Below are positions 1 to 12,635 of a DNA stretch of 32,000 nt, in pieces. The stretch comes from Demequinaceae bacterium (GTDB lineage: Bacteria > Actinomycetota > Actinomycetes > Actinomycetales > Demequinaceae). The DNA lies in NCBI GenBank assembly GCA_965250005.1, contig OZ252279.1, positions 1,290,001 to 1,322,000 of the forward strand. Direction: 5' to 3'. Position numbers and translations under genes: made by a program. The notes under the pieces were generated by a model that searched no databases, was not told where the DNA came from, and saw nothing but the letters and a program-made list of their open reading frames with translations. Numbering within the stretch: the stretch's first letter is position 1; every line of letters begins with the position of its first letter.

Positions 1-47
1 TCGTTCCAGTTTGGTCGCAGCCACGCGCGGCGGGTATCCTCGTCCAC

Positions 48-137
48 GGTGGCGTGTCCGAGCGGCCTAAGGAGCACGCCTCGAAAGCGTGTGTGGGGGA
101 AACTCCACCGTGGGTTCAAATCCCACCGCCACCGCCA
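48..137 (+). tRNA. tRNA-Ser (anticodon CGA)
   Basis: The cloverleaf is readable by eye. Acceptor GGTGGCG/CGCCACC, anticodon stem CACGC/GCGTG with loop CTCGAAA (CGA), long variable arm, T-arm GTGGG-TTCAAAT-CCCAC, and an encoded CCA at 135-137. Confidence 0.9.
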
Positions 138-189
138 CATGAGCCCGGCTCGCGCCACGCGACGCGCGTCGGGCTCAGTGCGTTCCGCG

Positions 190-624
190 CTAAGCCGCCG
201 TGCTAGCGATTCCGAAACTCGTAGTGAAGACGATAAGGATCGCCCAGCCGAGGATCCCCAGGTAGCCCATAACGAGCGCGGCCCGCGCAAGCCCGCCGCC
301 CGCCTCGCCTGTCCTGCCCACCGCGATCAGCGCTCTGTGACCCAGGATGACGGCGATAATGCTGACCACGGGGATGATCCCGAGCAGCGACATAACGAAC
401 GCGATGATGGCCGACACGTTGGTGCTTGGGCGCGCCGGGAAGGTGCCGGGCGCGCCCGGCCCGACGGCGGCGGTGGCGGATCGGTTGGGCGCGGCCGGGG
501 CACCTGCGCCCGCGGTTGACTGTCCACCATAGAATCCAGGGGCCGAAGCCGCGGGAGGGGTCGGCACCCGCTCGCCGGGTTCTGGAGGGGGCGCGAACGG
601 GTTTGAGTCGCCAGCTTCATTCAC
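190..624 (-). CDS. DUF4190-type small membrane protein with a Pro/Ala-rich N-terminus and two C-terminal TM helices
   Basis: 144-aa ORF. The low-complexity N-terminal half (PPPEPGERVPTPPAASAPG) is followed by two hydrophobic helices (AIIAFVMSLLGIIPVVSIIAVILG and LVMGYLGILGWAILIVF) flanking GHRAL...GRTGEAGG. This architecture is typical of DUF4190 proteins. Confidence 0.6.
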   Translation of the reverse strand: MNEAGDSNPFAPPPEPGERVPTPPAASAPGFYGGQSTAGAGAPAAPNRSATAAVGPGAPGTFPARPSTNVSAIIAFVMSLLGIIPVVSIIAVILGHRALIAVGRTGEAGGGLARAALVMGYLGILGWAILIVFTTSFGIASTAA

Positions 625-637
625 GATTGCTCCAGTC

Positions 638-1351
638 CTAGGCTACGTCAGACGCAGGCGAAACGGTGGGGTCCGGGGTGACAAGCGGCACGGTCGGGTC
701 AACGGGAAGTGTCTTGGGCCCGGGCTCGGCGACGATGAACTTGGCCGCCCGGCACGCTGACGCCGCCGACAACGGGATGTCAGCGTCGAGCTCCTCGGCA
801 GAGAGCAGTCGCAGCGACTTCTCGTCGTAAAGAAGTCCGAGCACCACATCGACCGTCCTGCCGTCGCGTGTGTCCAGCACAAGTTCCGACTCGACGAAGT
901 GGCGTGCAACTGTGTACGCCTGAGCGACGCCCTCTTCGCCAAAGCTGATCCTCACAACGCCGTCGTACTCACCCTTGCTCCAGTTGGTGGCGCCTCCGCT
1001 GATGAAGCCGCGACCAATCATGTCGCCGAGCGCGGTGCCAGCGAGACCCGACACCTTAGTGCTGTTGAGCACGCGAACAACCGTCTCTCCGGCTGGAAGC
1101 GGCAACGTGTCCGCGGGCGGACATGCCAGCGTGATCTCGCTGCCGAAGTCCCCGGCGATGGTGATGATCGGCTCTGAAAAGGGTCCAGCCGTTCGCTCTG
1201 AATAGACCGATGCAGCGCCAAAAGCAACAGTGCCGAGCCCAATGAGCATCAACCCAAACAACAACAGCTGGCGTTCGCGGCGCCGCCTCTTGAGCACCTG
1301 ACGGCGCGTTCGCATGGTCGACGTTGTCGGCTTGGGAGTCTTGTCGTTCAC
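638..1351 (-). CDS. LytR C-terminal (LytR_C) domain membrane-anchored protein
   Basis: 237-aa ORF with a basic N-terminus (RRQVLKRRRRERQ) and one TM (LLLFGLMLIGLGTVAFGA). The extracytoplasmic domain has the LytR_C pattern VRVLNSTKVSGLAGTALGDMIGRGF...VVRISFG. The start codon is uncertain. Confidence 0.6.
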   Translation of the reverse strand: MNDKTPKPTTSTMRTRRQVLKRRRRERQLLLFGLMLIGLGTVAFGAASVYSERTAGPFSEPIITIAGDFGSEITLACPPADTLPLPAGETVVRVLNSTKVSGLAGTALGDMIGRGFISGGATNWSKGEYDGVVRISFGEEGVAQAYTVARHFVESELVLDTRDGRTVDVVLGLLYDEKSLRLLSAEELDADIPLSAASACRAAKFIVAEPGPKTLPVDPTVPLVTPDPTVSPASDVA

Positions 1352-1378
1352 GGCACAACCCTAATCGAGACTGAACCT

Positions 1379-1466
1379 TGGCGGAGGATAGGGGATTCGA
1401 ACCCCTGAGGGCTTGCACCCAACACGCTTTCCAAGCGTGCGCCATAGGCCACTAGGCGAATCCTCC
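1379..1466 (-). tRNA. tRNA-Ser (anticodon GGA)
   Basis: The reverse complement reads GGAGGAT..CACGC-TTGGAAA-GCGTG..long variable arm..AGGGG-TTCGAAT-CCCCT-ATCCTCC-G-CCA. The anticodon loop is TT-GGA-AA and CCA is encoded. Confidence 0.9.
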
Positions 1467-1567
1467 AAGGCCATTGATGTTACTAGAGCAACGCACACCT
1501 ACCGAACCGCGTGCCCGCGGCTTCCCTAAACGGCTCCAAACACGTCGATTTACGTGGCTAGACTTGT

Positions 1568-1664
1568 GCACGGCCCCTCACGCGACGCCACCTTTCGGAA
1601 CTCCCCCAGGGCAGAAATGCAGCAAGGGTACGGAAGCTCTGGTGGGTGCGTGGGGGGTCCTTTG
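1568..1664 (+). ncRNA. ffs: Signal recognition particle RNA (small/4.5S-type SRP RNA); ends approximate
   Basis: The helix-8 core is read directly as AGG(1608-1610)-GCA-GAAA tetraloop(1614-1617)-TGC-AGCA(1621-1624). This is the same architecture as E. coli AGG-UCC-GGAA-GGA-AGCA. The 5' arm GGCCCCTCACGC..GCCACC pairs with the 3' arm GGTGGGTGCGTGGGGGGTCC. It sits immediately upstream of dnaX, a widely conserved position. Confidence 0.75.
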
Positions 1665-1716
1665 CGTTGCTAACTAGTTCCGGCCGATGCGGTTGTGGGC
1701 GGCCTGGCCTAGAGTC

Positions 1717-3666
1717 ATGTCTGTGACTATTGCGCTCTATCGCCGCTACCGGCCGGACACCTTTGCGGAAGTCGTCGGCCAGGAGCACGTCACCGACCCA
1801 CTCCGGCAGGCGCTCAGGGCCGATCGAGTCAATCACGCGTACCTGTTTAGCGGGCCGCGGGGCTGCGGGAAAACCACCTCAGCGCGCATTCTCGCTCGGT
1901 GTCTCAACTGCGTAGAAGGGCCCACGGACACGCCGTGTGGCGTGTGCGACTCGTGCGTCGAACTCGCGCGCGGCGGTTCTGGCTCGGTTGACGTGGTCGA
2001 GATCGACGCCGCTTCCCACAACGGCGTGGACGACGCGCGCGAACTTCGCGAGCGCGCCGCGTACGCGCCGGCACGGGACAAGTACAAGATCTTCATTTTG
2101 GACGAGGCCCACATGGTGACGCCCCAGGGCTTCAACGCGCTGCTCAAATTGGTCGAGGAGCCGCCACCACACGTGCGGTTCATCTTCGCGACCACGGAGC
2201 CAGAGAAAGTCATCGGAACCATCCGGTCTCGGACGCACCACTATCCGTTCCGGTTGGTTCCGCCAGCCGTGCTCACGGCCTACCTCGCCACGCTATGCGA
2301 GTCCGAAGAAGTCAGTGTCGAGGCCGGCGTTCTGCCGCTCGTGGTAAGAGCCGGCGGCGGCTCCGTCCGCGACTCCCTGTCGGTGCTCGACCAACTCATG
2401 GCCGGATCGGACGCAGCGGGCGTCACCTATCTGCGCGCCATTACCCTGCTGGGCTTCACTGAAGGCACCCTGCTGGACGACGCGGTCGATGCCATCGCTG
2501 CGGCCGACGGCGCGTCGCTATTCGCCGTGGTGCAGCGCGTGATCCAGACGGGCCACGAGCCGCGCAGATTCGTCGAGGACTTGCTCGAACGGCTTCGCGA
2601 CCTGCTCGTGCTTGCTGCGTCAGGGGAAGCCGGCGTAAAGGCCCTAGGCGAGCACCCCGAAGATCAACTCGACCGCATGCGCGACCAGGCGCGCCGTCTT
2701 GGCCTCGCGCGGGCGTCACGGGCCGGGGACCTGATCAACGACGCACTCACGTCCATGGTTGGCGCCACGTCGCCGCGACTGCACCTCGAACTCTTGTGCG
2801 CCCGCTTGCTCGCCTCTGAGGGCGCTGGGGCGTCCACGGCACCCGAAGCGCCTAGTTCGGGAACTCCAGCCGCCCCAACCGTCACAACCGCTATTGCCGC
2901 GAGCGAACCTGCGGCTTCCCGGCGCGCGCGACGCCCGAAGGTCAAAGCTGAGAGCCAGGCGAAAGCGCAAACGCCATCGAGTACGCTGGTGCCGCCAGCA
3001 CCGGCAGACGCCCTCACCGCGACTCCGCCTCCACCGCCCGCGCCTGTGGACGTACCGGATTCGCCCGCAGCCACCCAACAACCTGCCGGTCCTGCCCAGA
3101 TATCTGAAGCGCCCGGCGAGACCTCCCCGGCTCCGCCAACCGAAGGCCAGGATGACGCGGAACTCATCCGGCGTAGGTGGACCGAGGTGCTCGGCACGCT
3201 CGAGCGACACCGCGTCACCTGGGTCCTCGTCAGCCAGAGCGCTCAGGTCGCCGGTGTTACCGGTTCCGAACTCCAGCTCGCGTTCGCTAGCCCGCAGCTC
3301 GCCGAGCGATTCAACGGTGGGGCCCACGCAGAGAACGTCACGCTTGCGGTGCGCGAGACGCTGGGGCTACAACTCCGAGTGACGGGCGCCGCGGGCCCCG
3401 GCGAAGAGCCGCGAGCTACCGCACCCGTTCCCGCCGCAACCGATCGTCCGCCAGCGCCGGCGGCCACCAAGAGCGAGGGTTCCTTGGCCGCCAAATTGAA
3501 ATCCGCCAGCAAACCCGCAGCCAAAAGCGACGCACCTCCAGCACCAGCGGACCATGAATCTGAGAACGTCAGCAAGCATGACGCAACTGCCGAAGGCGCG
3601 GGACTGACCGCACCCGACGTCGTCGCGCAATTGCTTGGCGGCACCGTGGTCGAAGACGACGCCTAG
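1717..3666 (+). CDS. dnaX: DNA polymerase III subunit gamma/tau
   Basis: The N-terminus MSVTIALYRRYRPDTFAEVVGQEHV, Walker A GPRGCGKTT, Zn module CLNC..CGVCDSC, DEAH box (ILDEAHM) and SRT sensor (TIRSRTHHY) are all present. A long Pro/Ala-rich linker precedes the C-terminal domain. The track ORF begins at 1687. I prefer the ATG at 1717 because the conserved N-terminus starts there. Confidence 0.93.
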   Translation: MSVTIALYRRYRPDTFAEVVGQEHVTDPLRQALRADRVNHAYLFSGPRGCGKTTSARILARCLNCVEGPTDTPCGVCDSCVELARGGSGSVDVVEIDAASHNGVDDARELRERAAYAPARDKYKIFILDEAHMVTPQGFNALLKLVEEPPPHVRFIFATTEPEKVIGTIRSRTHHYPFRLVPPAVLTAYLATLCESEEVSVEAGVLPLVVRAGGGSVRDSLSVLDQLMAGSDAAGVTYLRAITLLGFTEGTLLDDAVDAIAAADGASLFAVVQRVIQTGHEPRRFVEDLLERLRDLLVLAASGEAGVKALGEHPEDQLDRMRDQARRLGLARASRAGDLINDALTSMVGATSPRLHLELLCARLLASEGAGASTAPEAPSSGTPAAPTVTTAIAASEPAASRRARRPKVKAESQAKAQTPSSTLVPPAPADALTATPPPPPAPVDVPDSPAATQQPAGPAQISEAPGETSPAPPTEGQDDAELIRRRWTEVLGTLERHRVTWVLVSQSAQVAGVTGSELQLAFASPQLAERFNGGAHAENVTLAVRETLGLQLRVTGAAGPGEEPRATAPVPAATDRPPAPAATKSEGSLAAKLKSASKPAAKSDAPPAPADHESENVSKHDATAEGAGLTAPDVVAQLLGGTVVEDDA

Positions 3667-3734
3667 CCATCAGCGGCGACCCCTCACGTCGCGCCTGAAC
3701 AGATGGCACTGCCGAGCGGCTTACCCTGGTCAAC

Positions 3735-4331
3735 ATGTACGACGGTGCAGTGCAAGATCTAATTGACGAGCTCGGCCACCTTCCCGGGGTCGGGCCAAAG
3801 AGCGCACAACGAATCGCTTTTCACATCCTCTCGACCGACCGCGCCGATGTCGATCGGCTCGCTGTCGCGTTGACTGAGGTCAAGGACAGGGTGCGTTTCT
3901 GCGAGACCTGTGGCAACGTCGCCGAGGCAGAACAGTGCAAGATCTGCGCGGACGAGCGCCGCTCGACCGACATACTGTGCGTGGTCGAAGAGCCAAAGGA
4001 CGTGATGGCAATTGAGCGCACACGCGAATTCCGAGGCAGATATCACGTGCTCGGCGGCGCGATCGATCCCATGTCAGGCGTCGGCCCAGATGATCTCAGG
4101 ATCAAAGAGCTGCTCAGCCGCCTCGGGGACAAAGCCATTTCTGAAGTCATCATCGCGACGGACCCAAACATCGAGGGCGAAGCCACCGCCACATATCTGA
4201 CACGCATGCTCACTCCGCTCGGAGTGACGGTCTCGCGGCTCGCGTCGGGGTTGCCTGTTGGCGGAGACCTCGAGTACGCGGACGAGGTCACCTTGGGACG
4301 TGCGCTCGAAGGGCGAAGGGTCGTCAGCTAA
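3735..4331 (+). CDS. recR: Recombination protein RecR
   Basis: 198 aa with the Hh[16 protein letters not shown], the C4 zinc finger [18 protein letters not shown], and the Toprim region [15 protein letters not shown]...[14 protein letters not shown]. Confidence 0.95.
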   Translation: MYDGAVQDLIDELGHLPGVGPKSAQRIAFHILSTDRADVDRLAVALTEVKDRVRFCETCGNVAEAEQCKICADERRSTDILCVVEEPKDVMAIERTREFRGRYHVLGGAIDPMSGVGPDDLRIKELLSRLGDKAISEVIIATDPNIEGEATATYLTRMLTPLGVTVSRLASGLPVGGDLEYADEVTLGRALEGRRVVS

Positions 4332-4585
4332 GCGACGCGCGTCCCCGCGGCGAGCGTTCCGTGCGGGACCGCGACAGATACCGTGCCATCGTCGGGGCTG
4401 AGTAGCCCCGACAACATCAGCATCAACGTGGTCTTGCCCGAACCGTTGGGGCCAATGAGTGCGGTCACGCTTCCCGAGGGGACCGAGAGCGATGCGTCAA
4501 CCACCGCTCGCACGCTGCCAAATGTGCGGCGCAGGCCGCGGGCTTCGATTCCAACCGTGGCCTTCGTCTCGCGCGAACTACTCAT
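4328..4585 (-). pseudogene. Truncated ABC transporter ATP-binding protein (N-terminal fragment only)
   Basis: From the Met at 4585 the product reads [67 protein letters not shown]. That is the ABC N-terminus plus Walker A. It then leaves the family pattern and stops inside the recR stop region. No Q-loop, LSGGQ signature, Walker B or H-loop follows. Confidence 0.55.
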
Positions 4586-4644
4586 GTCAGTCACAACGAC
4601 CAACCTATGACAGACTGTTGGGTCGCGCTTGTTAGCGCCAGCCC

Positions 4645-4665
4645 CGCTCAAGCTGAGTTTGAGCG
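4645..4665 (-). terminator. Short hairpin just downstream of the large membrane gene (weak terminator candidate)
   Basis: Inverted repeat CGCTCAA-(7 nt)-TTGAGCG lies 2 nt after the stop at 4667-4669. There is no U-tract. Confidence 0.25.
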
Positions 4666-4666
4666 A

Positions 4667-6178
4667 CTAACTTACCTTCCCCGTGGACGCGGGCTTCGCC
4701 TTCGGGCTGGCTTTGGTCTTCTTCGCAGCGCTAGCACTGACGGTCGACGGCGCAGCCGTCCACCGCACCCGCATCAGCCCAACCGAAGCAGCAATGAACA
4801 GGACGAGCACGGGGAGCACCTCAATGAGCATCCTGTTGAGCGAGTCGTACAGGAACACGTGGTACGCGCCATCTCGAGCGTAGGCGAGGACAAATACGAG
4901 CGGAATGAACGTGGTCCACGGATACCTGAGCGCCTCGCTTCCTGCGAACCGGCCCGCGGCTAGCAGCCCCAGCCCGACGGCAAAGTACACCCACACAGTC
5001 CAGCCCCACACGCCATCGAAAGGAGAAAACAGTGTGCTCGCCGCCGCAAGGCTGTCCTCAAGGATTGCCGAGTCGCGCAGTGCGAGCGCACCGAGTAGTG
5101 CCCACAGGCCCAACTCGCCCGCCGCAGGCAACCAGCGCCGGAGTTCTCCAAGCGACGCCTTCAACGCCGCGAGGCCAGCGCCAAGCGCCACCACGGCCAC
5201 CGCGCCAAGCACAAGTGACGACAACGGCGCCGTCTCGTCCCGCGACAAGGCTCTGGCGACGACGAAGGTGTTCCACACGAGCACGGAGCCTCCGAACGAA
5301 AACAGCACCGCCGCCATCGGGCGCCCCTTCGCCTCCGCGCGCGCGACATACGGGAACAACGCGAGGGCAATCAGAGGTGCGCCCTCTGCGCGCGTGACGA
5401 CGGCCGCGGGGATCAACACCGCCATCACCAGTGCGAGCGTGATGTGTGGAACTGGCGCCTTGGAGATCGCCAGCCACGCGCATCCGGCAACGGCCATCAC
5501 GACCGCACCAACGAGGAGGTGCCCGTTGATGTAGAGAGCGTGAAAGTCGAACCGATTGACGGTCGCAAGTGCCGCGGCTCCGAGTCCCCCGAAAACTCCT
5601 GCGGTGATCGCGTCGCGTCGTCCGTCGAACCCTCGGAGTAATAGCCATACGAGCGTGGCAAGGCTCGCAAGCGCGATCAGAGGCGTGGCCGACCGCATGT
5701 AGTACGAGCCGTCAATCCCGGACATCGCGTGCAGATACGGCACGCCAATAAGTCGCGTTTCGATCAGTGAGAGGCGCACCTCCTCGTCATAGCCGCCGCC
5801 TGCGAGCAACTGCCCAAGGTTCAAGTAATCGAAGGAGTCCACATGCCACTTGACGAGGTTCTGACCAACAAAGACAAACACCAAGCTAAGCGCGGCGGCA
5901 GCTCCCAGACCGACGTCGCGCCAATGAACGCGGAGGGCAGTATCATCCTTTGCCGACGCCACCCACCAAACCGTCGCTCCGGCCAAACTCAGTGCCAGTG
6001 CTATCAGCGGATGGTTAGGAAGCGGCGTCACCACGAGCACGAGCCCGACCGCGATGTACGCCGCCACGCCAAGCAGGAATCCCATGGGGCCTACCACCCA
6101 GCCCCGGAGCCCAGACAGCCGCGCCATCGCGGCACCAGAAACTAGCCAACCAAGGACAACCAGACTCTCGAGGATCAT
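4667..6178 (-). CDS. Uncharacterised polytopic membrane protein, paralog A (about 503 aa)
   Basis: The ORF is hydrophobic throughout, with at least a dozen TM-length segments. The start ATG at 6176-6178 forms an ATGA overlap with the stop of the upstream gene; the track start at 6202 is 8 codons further up. It is colinear with ORF 9271..10755 and shares blocks such as NRFDFHALYINGHL, VVTRAEG and DSLNRMLIEVLPVLVLF. It has a Lys/Ala/Ser/Thr/Pro-rich C-terminal tail (SASAAKKTKASPKAKPASTGKVS). No family signature was recognised. Confidence 0.8.
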   Translation of the reverse strand: MILESLVVLGWLVSGAAMARLSGLRGWVVGPMGFLLGVAAYIAVGLVLVVTPLPNHPLIALALSLAGATVWWVASAKDDTALRVHWRDVGLGAAAALSLVFVFVGQNLVKWHVDSFDYLNLGQLLAGGGYDEEVRLSLIETRLIGVPYLHAMSGIDGSYYMRSATPLIALASLATLVWLLLRGFDGRRDAITAGVFGGLGAAALATVNRFDFHALYINGHLLVGAVVMAVAGCAWLAISKAPVPHITLALVMAVLIPAAVVTRAEGAPLIALALFPYVARAEAKGRPMAAVLFSFGGSVLVWNTFVVARALSRDETAPLSSLVLGAVAVVALGAGLAALKASLGELRRWLPAAGELGLWALLGALALRDSAILEDSLAAASTLFSPFDGVWGWTVWVYFAVGLGLLAAGRFAGSEALRYPWTTFIPLVFVLAYARDGAYHVFLYDSLNRMLIEVLPVLVLFIAASVGLMRVRWTAAPSTVSASAAKKTKASPKAKPASTGKVS

Positions 6179-6807
6179 GGCTTCACCTCTGGGGCATACC
6201 AATCGGTGAGGGACGCCTCGATGATCAGGTTCTGGTAGTCGAACGTTGAGCCCTCACGGGCCTCCGGCACGTGGAGCATGATAAACACCCGGGGTGGCAC
6301 CGGTTCGGCGCCAGCCCGCGCCTCCGCAAGAGCCTCGAAGACGAACGCATCAGTGCTCGACCCGGGCGCCACGACGCCGTTTTTCGGGTCAACAATGACA
6401 AGCCACGGCGCGCCGAATCCTGAGGCTCCTTGGCCGCTTGCAACGATCTGGCCACCCGGGCGAATGTTGGCAAGGAGCGCGCTGCCGTCGCCCGGCCAGG
6501 CCACGATCTCCGCGGAGTGAGCCAGCGCCATGAGTCTCAACGAATTCTCGTGCGCGCCCGCGCCGCCGACCTCAGGGATGACGAAAGTTGAGCCCGGCGC
6601 TATTTGCGCGAGCGCCACGTAGAGGTCGTAGCGCGCGCGTGAGTTGATGTCTGTGATCAGCGCTATCTCGAGAACCTCATCGTGGGGGTACTGCTCGAAC
6701 CCTTGGAAGTTGTGAGGCAATTTGTCATCGAGGTTTTGGAAGCCCACCAGATTCACGGTGATCAGCGCCCCCAGTAGTAACGCGCCCGGCAATCGAGACC
6801 GCAGCAT
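6175..6807 (-). CDS. Uncharacterised N-terminally anchored or secreted protein, paralog A (about 210 aa)
   Basis: I prefer the internal Met at 6807 (MLRSRLPGALLLGALITVNLVGF, a signal or anchor). The track ORF extension to 7068 would overlap the ask start on the other strand. It shares the blocks IAPGST, GAPWLV and REGSTFDYQNLIIEASL with ORF 10752..11378. Confidence 0.7.
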   Translation of the reverse strand: MLRSRLPGALLLGALITVNLVGFQNLDDKLPHNFQGFEQYPHDEVLEIALITDINSRARYDLYVALAQIAPGSTFVIPEVGGAGAHENSLRLMALAHSAEIVAWPGDGSALLANIRPGGQIVASGQGASGFGAPWLVIVDPKNGVVAPGSSTDAFVFEALAEARAGAEPVPPRVFIMLHVPEAREGSTFDYQNLIIEASLTDWYAPEVKP

Positions 6808-6912
6808 CGCGGGCTGCCAGAGAGAATTCTCCACTGAAGTCTCCAAGCCTGAGGATCGGCCCGACGCTACCACAACGTCCCGCCGGGTTTCTGGCGCAAG
6901 CGCGCTACGCAC

Positions 6913-6918
6913 TACAAT
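6913..6918 (+). promoter_or_regulatory. Candidate -10 hexamer (TACAAT) for ask-asd
   Basis: TACAAT lies 49 nt upstream of the ask ATG. It is followed by the 5'-UTR hairpin GGCGAC-(7 nt)-GTCGCC (6920-6938) and an SD GGAG at 6955-6958. Only a weak -35 is present. Confidence 0.3.
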
Positions 6919-6966
6919 TGGCGACGCGGGCAGTCGCCGGCACCGTCCCGTCTCCTGGAGCAAACG

Positions 6967-10751
<3,785 letters not shown>

Positions 10752-10755
<4 letters not shown>

Positions 10756-11378
10756 GACGCACTCCCGGCGCCAGTCGCCTCATCAAGCAGCGACGCCTCA
10801 ATGTAGAGGCGCTGGTAATTCCAGCTGCTCCCCTCGCGCGGCACCGGCCAGTGCACGTAGACGAACTCTCGTGCGCCCAGGTAGAAGCTGACATCTCCCG
10901 CCAAGGCGAGGCTCAGAAACGCCTCAGGGTCAACAGCGGAGGCTTCGGCGTCTTCGACAAGCACCATCCACGGCGCTCCTCGCCAGCCACCAGGGCCAGC
11001 AGCGATCACATTTCTTGTCACGTCCAATCCGGACAATTGATCTGCGCTTGACCCCTGGTGCCAGACGATTTGCGCTACTGCTCCAAACGAATACATGCGT
11101 TGACGCGTCGGGAGATCTCCAGCGAGCTCCGGCGCGCTCATGGTGACCGTCGATCCCGGAGCAATGAGGCCGACCACGGCGTGCGGCGAATACCGCGACC
11201 GGGCATTGGGGTCGAGCCGGACTGAGGCGGCGAGAATTCCCGGGTCCTCCTGCGCGTGGATCGCCCGAAAATAGATCCCGGCGCGGCTCTCGAGGTCCTG
11301 GAACGAATTCAGATTAGCGATCACTACGAGAGCCAGGCCAGCGCTCAGGAACATCGTCGCTGTGGAAAGTGACCTCAC
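10752..11378 (-). CDS. Uncharacterised N-terminally anchored or secreted protein, paralog B (208 aa)
   Basis: It has an N-terminal hydrophobic segment MFLSAGLALVVIANL. Shared blocks with 6175..6807 are SFQDL, LIAPGST, GAPWMVLV and REGSSWNYQRLYIEASL. Confidence 0.7.
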
Positions 11379-11552
11379 GAGCGATCCTCGTTTCCTGGCT
11401 GTTGTCGCTCAACCAAAAGTATTGCCACGCAGCGAGCACTCATCATACGTGGCGCCCACACGGCCGTATTCACTGAGCATCCGACTTGACCAGACCCGAG
11501 CGGGCTTGTGAACTACTGGCCAGGCGCATCGTCCGCAGTGAGGCCGCAATAT

Positions 11553-11627
<75 letters not shown>

Positions 11628-11723
11628 ATTGCCGACCGCAGTTCAGCGGTGAGGCGAAGTAAGGATAGCCGACGGAGGCTCCAGAAGTGAAACCAGCGTG
11701 GTGCCGCACATCTCTCGCAACAT

Positions 11724-12629
11724 CTAGGCCGCGACCAACTCAAGCAGCGTGGCCTCAGGCCTGCACGCGAACCTTACGGGCGCGTAGGGCGATGTCCCGG
11801 CGCCCGCCGAGACATGAAGCCAGCGGGACGCTTCACCACGAGGCATGTCGGGCCTCGGGCCCGGCCATCCGTGGAGCCCACGTGCGCGACCGCGGTCCAA
11901 ATCGCAGTTCGTGACGAGCGCACCTACACCTGGTATGCGAACCTGCCCGCCGTGCGTGTGTCCCGCCAGCATCAGCGTTGCGCCGTCAGCACCTAGCGCC
12001 TGCAACGCCCGTACGTAGGGCGCATGGACAACGCCAATGTGGAGCGCCGATGCGGCGGGCGCTGAGGGTGGAATCTTGTCTCGCTTGATGTGGGGGTCGT
12101 CCATGCCAACAAAGCTCAGCGCCACACCGCGAAGTTCAAAGTGCGCACGTCCGTTATTGAGGTCGCGCCAGCCCGCTTGAGCGAACTGGGCAACCATCGC
12201 GTCCGTAGGAAGGCGCTCAGGGTTGCGCGCGATGCGTGTCGGAGCCCGAAAGTATGTGAATGGGTTCTTGAGAGTTGGCGCGAAGTAGTCATTCGAGCCG
12301 TTCACGAAGACGCCCGGCAGGGCGAGTAGCGGGGCGAGCGCCTCGCACAACGGGTCAACGGCATCTACATGAGCAAGATTGTCGCCCGTGTTTACAACCA
12401 GGTCTGGTTCGAGTGCACCAAGAGACCGGACCCATTTCGCCTTTGCTGTCTGACGCGGAGTGAGGTGAAGGTCTGAGATGTGGAGCACCCGTAGCGTCGG
12501 CGTCCCGGGTGGCAAGACGGGTACCCGCACCTGCCGCGTCGTGAATGCCCTTGCTTCAAGCGCTCCCCAGGTCAGACCCGTTGCTCCCATCGCACCAACC
12601 CCCAGGGCCACCTGGGCGAGAATATTCAT
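11724..12629 (-). CDS. Membrane-anchored metallophosphoesterase (Rv3683-type)
   Basis: 301 aa with the calcineurin-like motifs HISDLH, NTGDN, GSNDY and AGHTHGGQ. It lies 7 nt downstream of the PBP gene, as in M. tuberculosis ponA2-Rv3683. Confidence 0.85.
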   Translation of the reverse strand: MNILAQVALGVGAMGATGLTWGALEARAFTTRQVRVPVLPPGTPTLRVLHISDLHLTPRQTAKAKWVRSLGALEPDLVVNTGDNLAHVDAVDPLCEALAPLLALPGVFVNGSNDYFAPTLKNPFTYFRAPTRIARNPERLPTDAMVAQFAQAGWRDLNNGRAHFELRGVALSFVGMDDPHIKRDKIPPSAPAASALHIGVVHAPYVRALQALGADGATLMLAGHTHGGQVRIPGVGALVTNCDLDRGRARGLHGWPGPRPDMPRGEASRWLHVSAGAGTSPYAPVRFACRPEATLLELVAA

Positions 12630-12635
12630 TCGCCC

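Noticed and set aside
49-519. 156-aa + strand ORF starting inside tRNA-Ser
   Set aside because: It overlaps the tRNA and is antisense to the DUF4190 membrane protein. Its composition is Arg/Asp-rich.
1717-3666. Programmed -1 frameshift site in dnaX (gamma subunit production as in E. coli)
   Set aside because: I did not see an A-AAA-AAG type slippery heptamer anywhere in the gene, so there is no basis for claiming it.
6850-6966. Possible lysine riboswitch or attenuator in the ask leader
   Set aside because: Only one short hairpin (6920-6938) is visible. The leader is far too short, and it lacks the conserved L-box helices.
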